DNA from: Ignavibacteria bacterium
GTDB taxonomy: Bacteria; Bacteroidota; Ignavibacteria; Ignavibacteriales; Melioribacteraceae
NCBI GenBank assembly: GCA_037446915.1
Contig: JBBIHP010000003.1
Coordinates: 2,123-66,122 of the forward strand
Direction: 5' to 3'
Length of the DNA stretch: 64,000 nucleotides
The notes under the pieces were generated by a model. That model worked only from the letters and a program-made list of their open reading frames with translations, was not told the origin of the DNA and ran no database searches. A program made the position numbers and the translations under genes. Below are positions 38,060-47,261 of the stretch, in pieces; the stretch's first letter is position 1; every line of letters starts with the position of its first letter.

Positions 38060-38128
38060 TATTATTCTGGAGACAAATAGTAGATTCAAATCTAGATTGT
38101 GATGGACTAGAAACCAATTATACTAAAC

Positions 38129-38455
38129 TCACATTAATCTATAATACCGTTCAATTTCTAACTCAAGCTCGTCAAAATTTATAATCCTTGCTTTCCGAAT
38201 GTATTCCTTTCCATCAAAGTAAAATAAAATTGTCGGAACGGTAAAAACACTTTTCTGTGCAGCTAGTTCTTTTGCTTCTGCAATGTTTACATAAATGAAT
38301 TTTATCTCGGGATATTTATCTGCAAGAAATTCTTTCATCTTGGGCTTCAGCACTTTACATACGTTGCAGTCGGGTGTGCTCATATAGAATGCCGCAGCAT
38401 ACTTCGATTTAATTACTTCATCAAATTCTAATTGAGTTGTAATTTCATTTTGCAT
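38129..38455 (-). CDS. Thioredoxin-fold protein (CxxC)
   Basis: It has a CNVC active-site-like motif in STPDCNVCKVLKP and the VPTILFY cis-Pro loop region. The start was moved to the ATG at 38455 (MQNEITT); the track ORF starts at a GTG at 38494. Confidence 0.65.
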   Translation of the reverse strand: MQNEITTQLEFDEVIKSKYAAAFYMSTPDCNVCKVLKPKMKEFLADKYPEIKFIYVNIAEAKELAAQKSVFTVPTILFYFDGKEYIRKARIINFDELELEIERYYRLM

Positions 38456-38526
38456 CGTTTGGATATTTCTCCGTAATAGAATGCGGAAGAACACGAATTA
38501 TATTGATTTCCGCGGATAAACAATAA

Positions 38527-38958
38527 TTAAGAAGAATGATCTGCAACAACAAGCCAGTTGCCCTTAATCTTCTTATAAAGCAAAGTAAAATATCCTTCTA
38601 CCGAAGGTTTATCCGGGTAATCGAGTTTCCATTTACCAATCATAAATGCAGAATCGTTTCCGAGCCCTTCAAGTGAAATTACCTCGAAAGAAAGTTTTCC
38701 CATCGCTTCTTTATCGGGATAACCTTTCCTGTAATTTTCTAAAGTCTCGTTCCATCCATATTGAACACCGCGCTTACCAATAAACCTTAATGAATCCGAA
38801 TTCCAGTATCCATCCATATAACCTTCAAGGTCACCTTTGTTCCATGCAATTCTTTGTTGTTCAAGAGCTTCAAGAATTTTAGCTTGATCTACTTCGGAAA
38901 ACATCTGGGCAATTATTGCAGATGATAAAAACATCAAAGCAAAAATAACTTTTCTCAT
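38527..38958 (-). CDS. SnoaL/NTF2-like (DUF4440-like) secreted protein
   Basis: 143 aa with a signal peptide. It has a W.KGDLEGYMDGYW...GKWKL...GYFTLLYKKIKGNWLVVADHSS pattern typical of NTF2-fold DUF4440 proteins. Confidence 0.55.
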   Translation of the reverse strand: MRKVIFALMFLSSAIIAQMFSEVDQAKILEALEQQRIAWNKGDLEGYMDGYWNSDSLRFIGKRGVQYGWNETLENYRKGYPDKEAMGKLSFEVISLEGLGNDSAFMIGKWKLDYPDKPSVEGYFTLLYKKIKGNWLVVADHSS

Positions 38959-39413
38959 TTTGGCTCGTTAATTTTAAAACGGACTCTTAATACACCGTCA
39001 TTAAAATCGGTCGATATAATTCTGAATCCACCGATCTCTTTTGTTGATGTTACATGCAGACCGCTACACAAACATTTATCATAATCACCAATACTGATTA
39101 CCCTTAAATTATCCCCGGAATCTTCGGGCAGCCGACCAAGATTAAAATAATTCTGAGCTTCATCTTTACTCATAAAACTTTCGGTAACGGGAAGATCAAG
39201 AGCAATTTTCTCGTTTACAATCTCTTCAATCTTTTTTATTTCTTCAGTAGCTAAATTGCGATCGAAGTGATAATCGCATTTCGATTTTTTCTTTTCGATG
39301 TGCGCACTGAAAGCTCTGCCCCGTTTAAACATCTGATCCATTGTTCCATTAAGAAGATGCTCTGCGCTATGCATCGGGGCATAATAAGATTTAGGGTTTT
39401 CGTTGTATTCCAT
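38955..39413 (-). CDS. AlaX-type Ala-tRNA(misacylated) editing domain protein
   Basis: 152 aa. It has the zinc motifs HSAEHLL (HxxxH) and CSGLH (CxxxH) of the alanyl/threonyl-tRNA synthetase second additional domain. Confidence 0.7.
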   Translation of the reverse strand: MEYNENPKSYYAPMHSAEHLLNGTMDQMFKRGRAFSAHIEKKKSKCDYHFDRNLATEEIKKIEEIVNEKIALDLPVTESFMSKDEAQNYFNLGRLPEDSGDNLRVISIGDYDKCLCSGLHVTSTKEIGGFRIISTDFNDGVLRVRFKINEPK

Positions 39414-39442
39414 ATTTTATTCTTGCTCTTAATCTTGCTCTC

Positions 39443-39470
39443 GATCATGATCAGGATTAAGATCATGATC
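39443..39470. repeat. Two copies of the 10-bp palindrome GATCATGATC spaced 18 bp apart
   Basis: The copies are at 39443-39452 and 39461-39470, giving four GATC sites in 28 bp. They lie in the 70-nt gap upstream of the AlaX-like gene. Confidence 0.85.
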
Positions 39471-39483
39471 AAGAAGCTGAAGT

Positions 39484-41685
39484 TTAATCTTTAGCTGTAT
39501 CCAATTCCCTATTAAGCAAGTGTTTAAACCAGAATTTTACTCTTTCTCTTGTTGCGTGCTGAGCAAGCGGCATTCCGATACCATGACGCTGATTTGGATA
39601 AAGCATCATCTCAAAGTCTTTATTTAATCTTTGCAATTCAAAAATCAGCTGGATGGAATTCTGCATATGAACATTGTCATCAATTGTTCCGTGAGTAATT
39701 AGCATTTTACCTTTGTATTTATCAACATAGCTAAGAACCGAGCCGGCTTTATATCCATCTGGATTTTCTGCTGGTGTATCCATGTAACGTTCCGTGTACA
39801 CATTATCATAAAGTTTCCAATCCATTACGCCAAACTCCGCAATACCGTGTGTAAAATAATCCGCTTCTCTTGTAAGAGCCAGGGCAGTAACATAACCGCC
39901 GTAGCTTCCGCCGGTAATTCCAATTTTAGTTGTATCGATAAATGATTTAGTCTTCAGCCATTTTACAGCAGCCGTGTAATCATTCATTTCCCATTTACCT
40001 AAATTGCGATGCATAAGTGCAACACCTTTTTTACCAAAATGACCTGCGCCACGATGATCGACAGAAATTGATATTATACCGTTTTGTGCAAGAAAACTTT
40101 GAGCTAATCCCATCGAATAAGAATTTCTAACGGATCCTGAATTTGGTCCGCCATATTCATTGAATATTACAGCATACTTTTTATTTGGGTCGAAATCTGC
40201 CGGCAGATACCATATAGCTGGAAGTTCGTAACCATCGCCGGAAGGGATTGTGAAGAGTTCAACTTTTGCAAGCTCAATTTCATCATTAGCCGGATTTCGA
40301 GAATCGCTAAGTGTTCGGATCAATTTCCCATCCAGAGAATATAATTCCGATTTGGATGGAGTTGTAATGTTACTATATGAATCGATATAATATTTTCCAC
40401 CCGGAGAAACAGAAATGTTATGCGTACCGGGAACAGTGGTTAATTGTTTGAATCCGCTTCCGTCCAGATTAACTACAAATAAATGTCGTTCAGTACTTTT
40501 CTCTTTCCATCCAGTAAAGAATATTCTCTTATTGGCTTCATCAACAAGATTTATGCTTGTTACTTCCCACTCACCCTGAGTCAATCTTTTCTTGAGTTTT
40601 CCATTCATGTCGTAATAATAGAGATGTGCAAATCCATCAACATTTGAATGAAGTATGAATCCGCTTTTATTATCGAAGAAATAGAGATTCTCAAACCATT
40701 CAACCCATTCCTTCTGCTTTTCATTATAGAGTTCCGATTTCTTACCAGTTTGCGTATCTACATTATAAATAATGATGTTATCCTGGCCCCGGTTCATCCA
40801 TTGAACAGTTAACTTGTTTTCTCGAGTCCAGGTAGGCCAAGCAATGTAGTGATCGGCTTTCTCATCAAAATCTGCCCAAACAACTTTGCTATCAGTTACA
40901 TTTGCAATACCAAATTTTACATATGGATTAGGATCGCCGGCTTTTGGATAGCGCTGCTTTTCAAGTTCGCCATGCTGACCATCTGCCCTGGTAATAAAGA
41001 ATTCCGGGACAGGATGATCGTCGAATCTTAAGAATGCAATTTTGTCGCTATTAGGGGACCACCAGAATGCTGAATACTGTGTAGCACGACCGAGAATTTC
41101 TTCCATGTATACCCACGAAGCCCAGCCGTTATATATTAAGTCGGTCCCATCATTTGTTATCTGAATTTCTTTATCGTTATCAATATCAAAAACAAAGAGA
41201 TTATTATTTTTTACATAAGCTGCTTTTTTACCATCGGGAGAAAGTTTAGGAACCTTTTCCTCTTTGTCATCTTGTGTTAATTGTTTGAAGGAATTATCCG
41301 GGCGTGAATAAAAGTAGAGATTATTTTTCTGATTGAACAGATAATAATTATAATCTTTACTAACAGCCGAAGGCCGTTCAATTGAAAATCCTTCTGGTAA
41401 TTCTATTCCGCTGTTATCAACATATAAAGAGGATTCGCCGGTGAGAACATTTGTTTTCATAAGTTGAGGACGGGAACCGGGTTTAGCCGGATCGGCTTTT
41501 GTTTCCAGGTAATGATTCTCGTCTGCCCAGCCCTGAGGACGCGCCATCATCATCATTGCGCGCATGTCTCTGCCACCTTCGTAAACCTGCTTGTAGGTGA
41601 GCTTTTTCTTTTGTGCGGATGAGTCTTGTATAACAATAATTGATAATACTAATATCAACAATAAAAATAATTTTGATTTTTTCAT
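39484..41685 (-). CDS. Dipeptidyl-peptidase IV (S9B prolyl oligopeptidase family)
   Basis: 733 aa with a signal peptide. It has an N-terminal DPP-IV beta-propeller and the catalytic GITGGSYGGY, with downstream D and H (GTIDDNVH...QRHGI). Confidence 0.9.
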   Translation of the reverse strand: MKKSKLFLLLILVLSIIVIQDSSAQKKKLTYKQVYEGGRDMRAMMMMARPQGWADENHYLETKADPAKPGSRPQLMKTNVLTGESSLYVDNSGIELPEGFSIERPSAVSKDYNYYLFNQKNNLYFYSRPDNSFKQLTQDDKEEKVPKLSPDGKKAAYVKNNNLFVFDIDNDKEIQITNDGTDLIYNGWASWVYMEEILGRATQYSAFWWSPNSDKIAFLRFDDHPVPEFFITRADGQHGELEKQRYPKAGDPNPYVKFGIANVTDSKVVWADFDEKADHYIAWPTWTRENKLTVQWMNRGQDNIIIYNVDTQTGKKSELYNEKQKEWVEWFENLYFFDNKSGFILHSNVDGFAHLYYYDMNGKLKKRLTQGEWEVTSINLVDEANKRIFFTGWKEKSTERHLFVVNLDGSGFKQLTTVPGTHNISVSPGGKYYIDSYSNITTPSKSELYSLDGKLIRTLSDSRNPANDEIELAKVELFTIPSGDGYELPAIWYLPADFDPNKKYAVIFNEYGGPNSGSVRNSYSMGLAQSFLAQNGIISISVDHRGAGHFGKKGVALMHRNLGKWEMNDYTAAVKWLKTKSFIDTTKIGITGGSYGGYVTALALTREADYFTHGIAEFGVMDWKLYDNVYTERYMDTPAENPDGYKAGSVLSYVDKYKGKMLITHGTIDDNVHMQNSIQLIFELQRLNKDFEMMLYPNQRHGIGMPLAQHATRERVKFWFKHLLNRELDTAKD

Positions 41686-41741
41686 TCCAACCCCTGATTA
41701 TTCATATAAAATGTTATTTGCCAAATTGATAAATTAAAATA

Positions 41742-42713
41742 TTACCATGCATAGGCTTCAGGTGCCTGTCCCCCCGGACCCGGCCATATTTCATCAAGCT
41801 TTTTTAATGTTTCTTCGCTCAATTTAAGTTCAAGTGCTTTAGCATTTTCTTCAAGTTGTTCAACTGTTCTCGGACCGATAATCGGAGAAGTCACCACCGG
41901 ATTATTCAGCACCCATGCAAGTGCAACATCTGCTGGTCTTTGATTAATTTCTTTACACAAATTTTCATATGCTTCAATTAGAGGACGTAATTTCTCAACC
42001 GACTTCTGCAGTGGCTCTCTTGTTCGTCTACCTTCGGCTGCTTTTTCCAGAACGCCGCACAAAATTCCTCCGCCTAATGGACTCCATGGAATCAATCCGA
42101 TACCAAAAGCTTTACACGCTGGAATTACCTCCAGCTCTATATGTCTATTACGCAGACTATAAATACTTTGTTCGGAAACAATTCCAAGCGCGTGTCTCTC
42201 TTTTGCCTTGTAAAATGCCTCAGCTAAATTCCATGCGGCAAAATTACTGCTGCCGACATAAAGCACTTTACCTTCAGTAATTAACTGATCCATTGCCTGG
42301 TAAATTTCGTCCCAGGGGGAATTCCTATCAATATGATGCATCTGATACAGATCTATGTGATCTGTCTGCATTCTCTTTAAACTATCTTCGCATGCTTTCT
42401 TGATATGATACGCAGAAAGTTTTGCATCATTAGGACCATCGCCCATTTTACCGTAAACTTTTGTAGCAAGAACAACCTTGTCTCTACGGTTTTTATCTTC
42501 AGCAAACCAGCGACCAATAATATTCTCTGTAACACCAACACCTTTTTCCCATCCATATACATTCGCTGTATCAAAAAAATTAATACCGAGTTCAAGAGAA
42601 CGGTTCATAATCTTAAAACTATCTTCTTCCGATGTATAAGGACCGAAGTTCATTGTCCCCAGGCAAAGCTTACTTACTTTTAATCCTGTTCTTCCTAAAT
42701 ATGCATATTCCAT
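41742..42713 (-). CDS. Aldo/keto reductase
   Basis: 323 aa. It has LGRTGLKVSKLCLGTMNFG, FFDTANVYG, DLYQMHH and VSEQSIYSL, the classic AKR layout. Confidence 0.9.
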   Translation of the reverse strand: MEYAYLGRTGLKVSKLCLGTMNFGPYTSEEDSFKIMNRSLELGINFFDTANVYGWEKGVGVTENIIGRWFAEDKNRRDKVVLATKVYGKMGDGPNDAKLSAYHIKKACEDSLKRMQTDHIDLYQMHHIDRNSPWDEIYQAMDQLITEGKVLYVGSSNFAAWNLAEAFYKAKERHALGIVSEQSIYSLRNRHIELEVIPACKAFGIGLIPWSPLGGGILCGVLEKAAEGRRTREPLQKSVEKLRPLIEAYENLCKEINQRPADVALAWVLNNPVVTSPIIGPRTVEQLEENAKALELKLSEETLKKLDEIWPGPGGQAPEAYAW

Positions 42714-42738
42714 TTTAATTACCTTTCATAAATTAGCA

Positions 42739-42771
42739 TAAAAAAATATACCGGATTAAATTATAAATCCG
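42739..42771 (-). terminator. Rho-independent terminator (CCGGATT-8 nt-AATCCGG then U-rich tract on the minus strand)
   Basis: It lies about 10 nt downstream of the metalloprotease stop. A 7-A run on the plus strand gives the U-tract on the minus strand. Confidence 0.6.
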
Positions 42772-42781
42772 GCACATCACT

Positions 42782-45247
42782 TCATTTATCCTTCTTCAAT
42801 ATTACATCTATTGCAGCGGCAAGATCCTGTAAGTGATATTTAGTAATATCATCTTTTGATTTTGCAGCTGATACTGTTAATTTATTTTTTAATTCGATCA
42901 GTTTACCTCTGGCAACTGGTGGTAAATCTGTAAATTGAGTTGCCTGTTGAACCGGTGCCTGGGTTGGTCTTCCGGTAGTTACTGGTGTTTGCAGTGCTGG
43001 TTTTTCCGGATTTATTTTATTTCCAAGTTCTTCAATAAGCGCCCGTTGAATTTTGCGGCGGTATGGATCGATGCTAACACTCTTATCATTCAACTCTCCG
43101 AAAATACCGTTTGTTAGATCCCCAATAAATTCACTAACCGAATAAATTTTTTCTCCTTTATATGCTTTCGATTCTGCATCAGACATCCTTTGAATTCTTG
43201 CATCGATTAATAAGTTTTTTATCAGACTTATCTGATCATTTGTAATTCTATCAACATTACCAAACGGTTGAATCAAATCGAGCAATTCTCTTTTAACTAA
43301 TATCGGGTTGAATTTAAAACCTTCTTGCAACAGAAGGTTCATTGCTTTTTTCTGTCGTTCATACGGAACAAGACTGTAAACAGCGCCGGATTGTCCTATA
43401 TGCTTATCAATTTTATTAACACCACCAATAATCATAGCAACATGACCTAACTCTCTTGCTCTTTGCTGCAATACTCTTTCATAGAGTAAATTCAACATTG
43501 AATAATCGTCACCTTCTTTAGTTGTTCCGGCTGGAATGATAAAATCCATAATCCTATAAATATTTTTCAATCCAAGTTCTGTTGCTAAAATTCCATCGTC
43601 ACCCATATCCTCTGTTTGCGCAGAGGGATCGTATTGAGAGAAATTACTGAATTGAAGAAATGGATTTGTGTCCTGGCGTCTTACAATTTTTTCTAAGAAT
43701 GGTCTTTCTTCATCGGGAGTTTTAGCTTCCGGAATTGGTGAATAACCCCACTCAGTTGCAAACTTATCGTAAATACTTATCATGGGATAAAGTCTAACGT
43801 TATCTCCGGGTTGCGCAACATAATTAAATCTTCCGTAATCCATAATTGATGCTTCATTGCCATACTTTTCAGTGAAGGATTTACTTCTTAGACTATCAAC
43901 CGGAAAGACAGAGCTTGCGCGCCCATTATGAGGAAATCCGAGTGAGTGACCAACCTCGTGAGCAACAACGTACCTTAGCAATTCACCCATTAAATCATCG
44001 GGAAGTGGAATTCTTTGAGCGCGTGGATCGAGTGGTGCAACCTGACTAAAATACCATGTGGTAAGTAAATTCATAACATTATGATAGATTTTAATATCAG
44101 CTTCAAGAATTTCACCTGTTCGCGGATCGTGCACATGAGGACCGTAAGCATTCTCAATTGTACTTGGCAGCCAACTTATAGATGAAACTGTTGCATCTTC
44201 AGTATTCCAGTTTGGATCCTCTTCAATTGTAGGAGCGTACCTTGCAATTATTGCATTTTTAAATCCCGCCTGTTCGAAAGCAACCTGCCAATCTTCTACT
44301 GCTTGCTTAAAATAAGGTTTCCATTTTTCTGGAACCGATCGATCAATGTAAAATACAATTGGCTTAATGGGTTCAGAAAGTTTTAATGAAGGATCCTTTT
44401 TATCGAGGCGCCATCGTGTAATATAGGTTCTAATTTCTGTCCGGTGGGAATCATAACCGTAATCTTCCTGTGAAATACTAAAAAATCCAACGCGGGAATC
44501 TGAGAGACGTGGCATCATTGGTTCTTTTGGCAAATGAACCATGCTGTAATGCATCATTACAGATACTGTTCCAAGTGTATTATCTGTTGGAACTACATCA
44601 ACATCAAAAGTAAGAACAACATCTGCTTCAACATTTTCCGGGTAAGCAGTAATTTTTTCTATGAATGTGCGTTTCGGATCGAGTCTTCTGGCATTATAGT
44701 TTTTCTTGGGAACGAATTCTGTTTTTTCGGCAGTTAGAAATTCTGTTACATCAATTACAGAAGAGCTATCCTGTCCGTATGCCTGGACATCGAACGACAT
44801 TAATATCGGAGGAAATGTTGAGGCATCGACCGCATTATAAACTGCTTTTTCTTCATCTGAAACAACAGCATACTGAATTTGGCGAAGTAATATTTGATCG
44901 TTTCGTTTGTCCCATCTAACCACCTGATTATTGTAGGCAACTCCGCCATATCCAAGTTTCGATTGAACTTTTTTAATCTGAGAAACCCATAGAAATAATC
45001 TTCCTATTTCATTTTTAGGAATTTCATAAAACCATTTTCCATCTACAAAATGAACAGTAAAAACACCATTGCTTGATTTAGCTTCTTTTGTAATAACTTC
45101 TGCATAAGATTTGATTTTTGATTTCTTAACTTCCTGTTTTTGTTCCTGTCCATAGATAAAATTAGTTGAGAAAAAAGAAATAATTATGATTAGCGATAAT
45201 GATTTTAAGAGTGGTGAGAAATACTTTTTCATATCAGCCCCGTTCAT
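42782..45247 (-). CDS. Secreted zinc metalloprotease (HExxH..H; DUF5117/DUF4953-type)
   Basis: 821 aa with a signal peptide. The zinc site is VVAHEVGHSLGFPHN. An alternative start is MKKYF at 45232. Confidence 0.75.
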   Translation of the reverse strand: MNGADMKKYFSPLLKSLSLIIIISFFSTNFIYGQEQKQEVKKSKIKSYAEVITKEAKSSNGVFTVHFVDGKWFYEIPKNEIGRLFLWVSQIKKVQSKLGYGGVAYNNQVVRWDKRNDQILLRQIQYAVVSDEEKAVYNAVDASTFPPILMSFDVQAYGQDSSSVIDVTEFLTAEKTEFVPKKNYNARRLDPKRTFIEKITAYPENVEADVVLTFDVDVVPTDNTLGTVSVMMHYSMVHLPKEPMMPRLSDSRVGFFSISQEDYGYDSHRTEIRTYITRWRLDKKDPSLKLSEPIKPIVFYIDRSVPEKWKPYFKQAVEDWQVAFEQAGFKNAIIARYAPTIEEDPNWNTEDATVSSISWLPSTIENAYGPHVHDPRTGEILEADIKIYHNVMNLLTTWYFSQVAPLDPRAQRIPLPDDLMGELLRYVVAHEVGHSLGFPHNGRASSVFPVDSLRSKSFTEKYGNEASIMDYGRFNYVAQPGDNVRLYPMISIYDKFATEWGYSPIPEAKTPDEERPFLEKIVRRQDTNPFLQFSNFSQYDPSAQTEDMGDDGILATELGLKNIYRIMDFIIPAGTTKEGDDYSMLNLLYERVLQQRARELGHVAMIIGGVNKIDKHIGQSGAVYSLVPYERQKKAMNLLLQEGFKFNPILVKRELLDLIQPFGNVDRITNDQISLIKNLLIDARIQRMSDAESKAYKGEKIYSVSEFIGDLTNGIFGELNDKSVSIDPYRRKIQRALIEELGNKINPEKPALQTPVTTGRPTQAPVQQATQFTDLPPVARGKLIELKNKLTVSAAKSKDDITKYHLQDLAAAIDVILKKDK

Positions 45248-45379
45248 TTGAAATTAAAGGGATAATTAACAAAACCATTTTTAACAATATAAACTTATAG
45301 TCAAAAAAAGAGATTCTCAAGAAACAGTTTTACTAAATATTATTATATTTTCTTTGAAAAAAATTAAAACCGTGTAATA

Positions 45380-45853
45380 ATGAGAAAAAAGAGCTACCCC
45401 ATTTTTTTAATTTTTATTCTATTAACTTTCTGCTCGAAAGATCAGGAGATATTTCCCGAATATTTTTTTGAATTAAATTTAACAAGGAAGCTTACCGGTT
45501 CCGAAGCAAAAAATTTTGTTAACCGGCTCCATTTTAATCCGGTTACAATCGAAAGGAATGAAATTGGTTTTTACGGTGGAGTTAAAGGCAATGCCATAAT
45601 TTATGTTACATTTTATGATAATGAATCTGCTTCTAATAATAATTATAAAAAGATGACTGAAAAGATCTCTCCCGAAAATTCCGTCTTTACTAATGGAACT
45701 TACATTAGCGTTTCCGGAAGAAACATTTATCGAACATATGGTATGGGACAAACCCATTATGTGTTTACGTCGTCAAACATGCTGTTCTGGGTTTCAGTCG
45801 AAACGAATTGGGCACAAGATTTTTTAACTGAGTATCTGAAAATTCTTGATTGA
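45380..45853 (+). CDS. Hypothetical lipoprotein
   Basis: 157 aa with a lipobox-like LLTFCS after a hydrophobic N-terminus. No family recognised. Confidence 0.5.
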   Translation: MRKKSYPIFLIFILLTFCSKDQEIFPEYFFELNLTRKLTGSEAKNFVNRLHFNPVTIERNEIGFYGGVKGNAIIYVTFYDNESASNNNYKKMTEKISPENSVFTNGTYISVSGRNIYRTYGMGQTHYVFTSSNMLFWVSVETNWAQDFLTEYLKILD

Positions 45854-46032
45854 TAGAATAAAGTTTATTTATTGTCAGATGTAATTGGGGATGGGAAAGG
45901 GGAAAGAGTTCTGTTTTGGAATCTCCGGCTATTGAAGGATCAATTATTTTATAGAATTTTATTCTGGTAGTACTTCCTTTAGTGGATTCTCTTCAACTGA
46001 AGACGAACTTACAAAACTAATAAGGAGAATTT

Positions 46033-46443
46033 ATGGATCAATTAGATGGTATTAATATGGAATCGGAAGGTACTTTAAAACAGCCAACATTTTTCCAGAT
46101 GATCTTCACACAAATGATTAAGGACATGAAGTTCGTAGGCATGTTTGTAATAATAATGGGCGCTCTTAATTGCCTTTCAATAATCGGTGCCATTGTTGGC
46201 ATTCCATACATATTTATCGGTATACGAATTCGTGAAGCCGCCGAACAATTCGAAATTTTTAAGATGACTAATGATGCAAGAGCTATGCGAGCCGGATTCG
46301 AATTACAAGCCAAATACTTTAAGATAATTAAGATACTTATTATTATCGGATTGGTTTTAATGGTTCTTGGTATAATACTTTTCTTTGCGCTGCTTATACC
46401 ATTTATCTCTACAATATATGAATATCAGCAGTACGGATCGTAG
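46033..46443 (+). CDS. Small membrane protein (DUF5362-like)
   Basis: 136 aa with two TM helices. The GALNCLSIIGAIVGIPYIFIGIRIREAA pattern resembles DUF5362 (from memory). Confidence 0.45.
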   Translation: MDQLDGINMESEGTLKQPTFFQMIFTQMIKDMKFVGMFVIIMGALNCLSIIGAIVGIPYIFIGIRIREAAEQFEIFKMTNDARAMRAGFELQAKYFKIIKILIIIGLVLMVLGIILFFALLIPFISTIYEYQQYGS

Positions 46444-46501
46444 AGAACATTATATCATTAATAAAGAATAGAAATTCTGTAGTAATAGCGACATAAATTA
46501 T

Positions 46502-46531
46502 AAAGCCCTCTCAATTAGAGAGGGCTTTTTA
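46502..46531. terminator. Bidirectional terminator hairpin (AAAGCCCTCTC-AATTA-GAGAGGGCTTT + T-tract)
   Basis: An 11-bp perfect stem between convergent genes 46033..46443 (+) and 46537..47241 (-). Confidence 0.7.
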
Positions 46532-46536
46532 TTTGC

Positions 46537-47241
46537 CTAATCAAATACCTTCTCTAATTCCTGATATTTATTATGCACTTTATCAACTGCAGAAATAATT
46601 GCATCCTTATTCCCTTTAGCAACAGTATTATTCAATTCATTTACCGCTTTATTAAGATCATTTCTTGCAGCAGTGAATTTTTCTGTTCTCGATTCCAAAC
46701 GTTTTGAAAGTTGTGATTTCAAAACATCTTCAATTTTTAATTTCATTTCTGCAGCCGCTTCTTTAATCTTAGCCAGGTTATATTCAGGTGCATAATAGTG
46801 ATACAACATATAAAGAACCTGGTGAAAAGCATCAACTTCTTTAACCATCGGTTTTACGACGCGAACCAGACCTTCGTAAAGAGCGTGAAGTTTTTCTGCC
46901 TCATCCAATATTGCTTGCGTATTATCTTTATCAATGGCAGTTTTGTAAGCAACCACACAATCATTCAGTTTCTTAAGCCCCTCTTCCCATTTCGGCTTTT
47001 TGTCCTGTAATATTCCCTTTAATTCAACCGAATTAATTTTCTCCATCCCTTTTTGAATATCCGGTAAGAGAGATTTAAGCATGGAAATATTTTTTTCCGG
47101 CCATGCCGTATGCCATAACTGATAAATAACTTCATGGAATGCGGTTAATTCAGGAACATCCGACGATGTTTCGTGTTCATGTTGTGCTAAAACCGGAAAT
47201 GAAATAAACACAAATAATAATATTACTACTAACTTCTTCAT
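46537..47241 (-). CDS. Secreted all-helical protein with internal duplication, unknown function
   Basis: 234 aa with a signal peptide. It has two repeats, each with an FH.V.Y.L(W/Y)H...P motif followed about 70 aa later by K(L/V)H..Y. It starts 20 nt downstream of the hppA stop. Confidence 0.55.
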   Translation of the reverse strand: MKKLVVILLFVFISFPVLAQHEHETSSDVPELTAFHEVIYQLWHTAWPEKNISMLKSLLPDIQKGMEKINSVELKGILQDKKPKWEEGLKKLNDCVVAYKTAIDKDNTQAILDEAEKLHALYEGLVRVVKPMVKEVDAFHQVLYMLYHYYAPEYNLAKIKEAAAEMKLKIEDVLKSQLSKRLESRTEKFTAARNDLNKAVNELNNTVAKGNKDAIISAVDKVHNKYQELEKVFD

Positions 47242-47261
47242 TTACTACCTCTTCATTTATG

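Noticed and set aside
39251-39494. ORFs 39251..39472 (-) and 39267..39494 (+) with I/L-rich low-complexity translations
   Set aside because: They span the AlaX start and the palindromic GATCATGATC intergenic region. The translations (ILILIMI...) are artefacts of AT-rich repeats.
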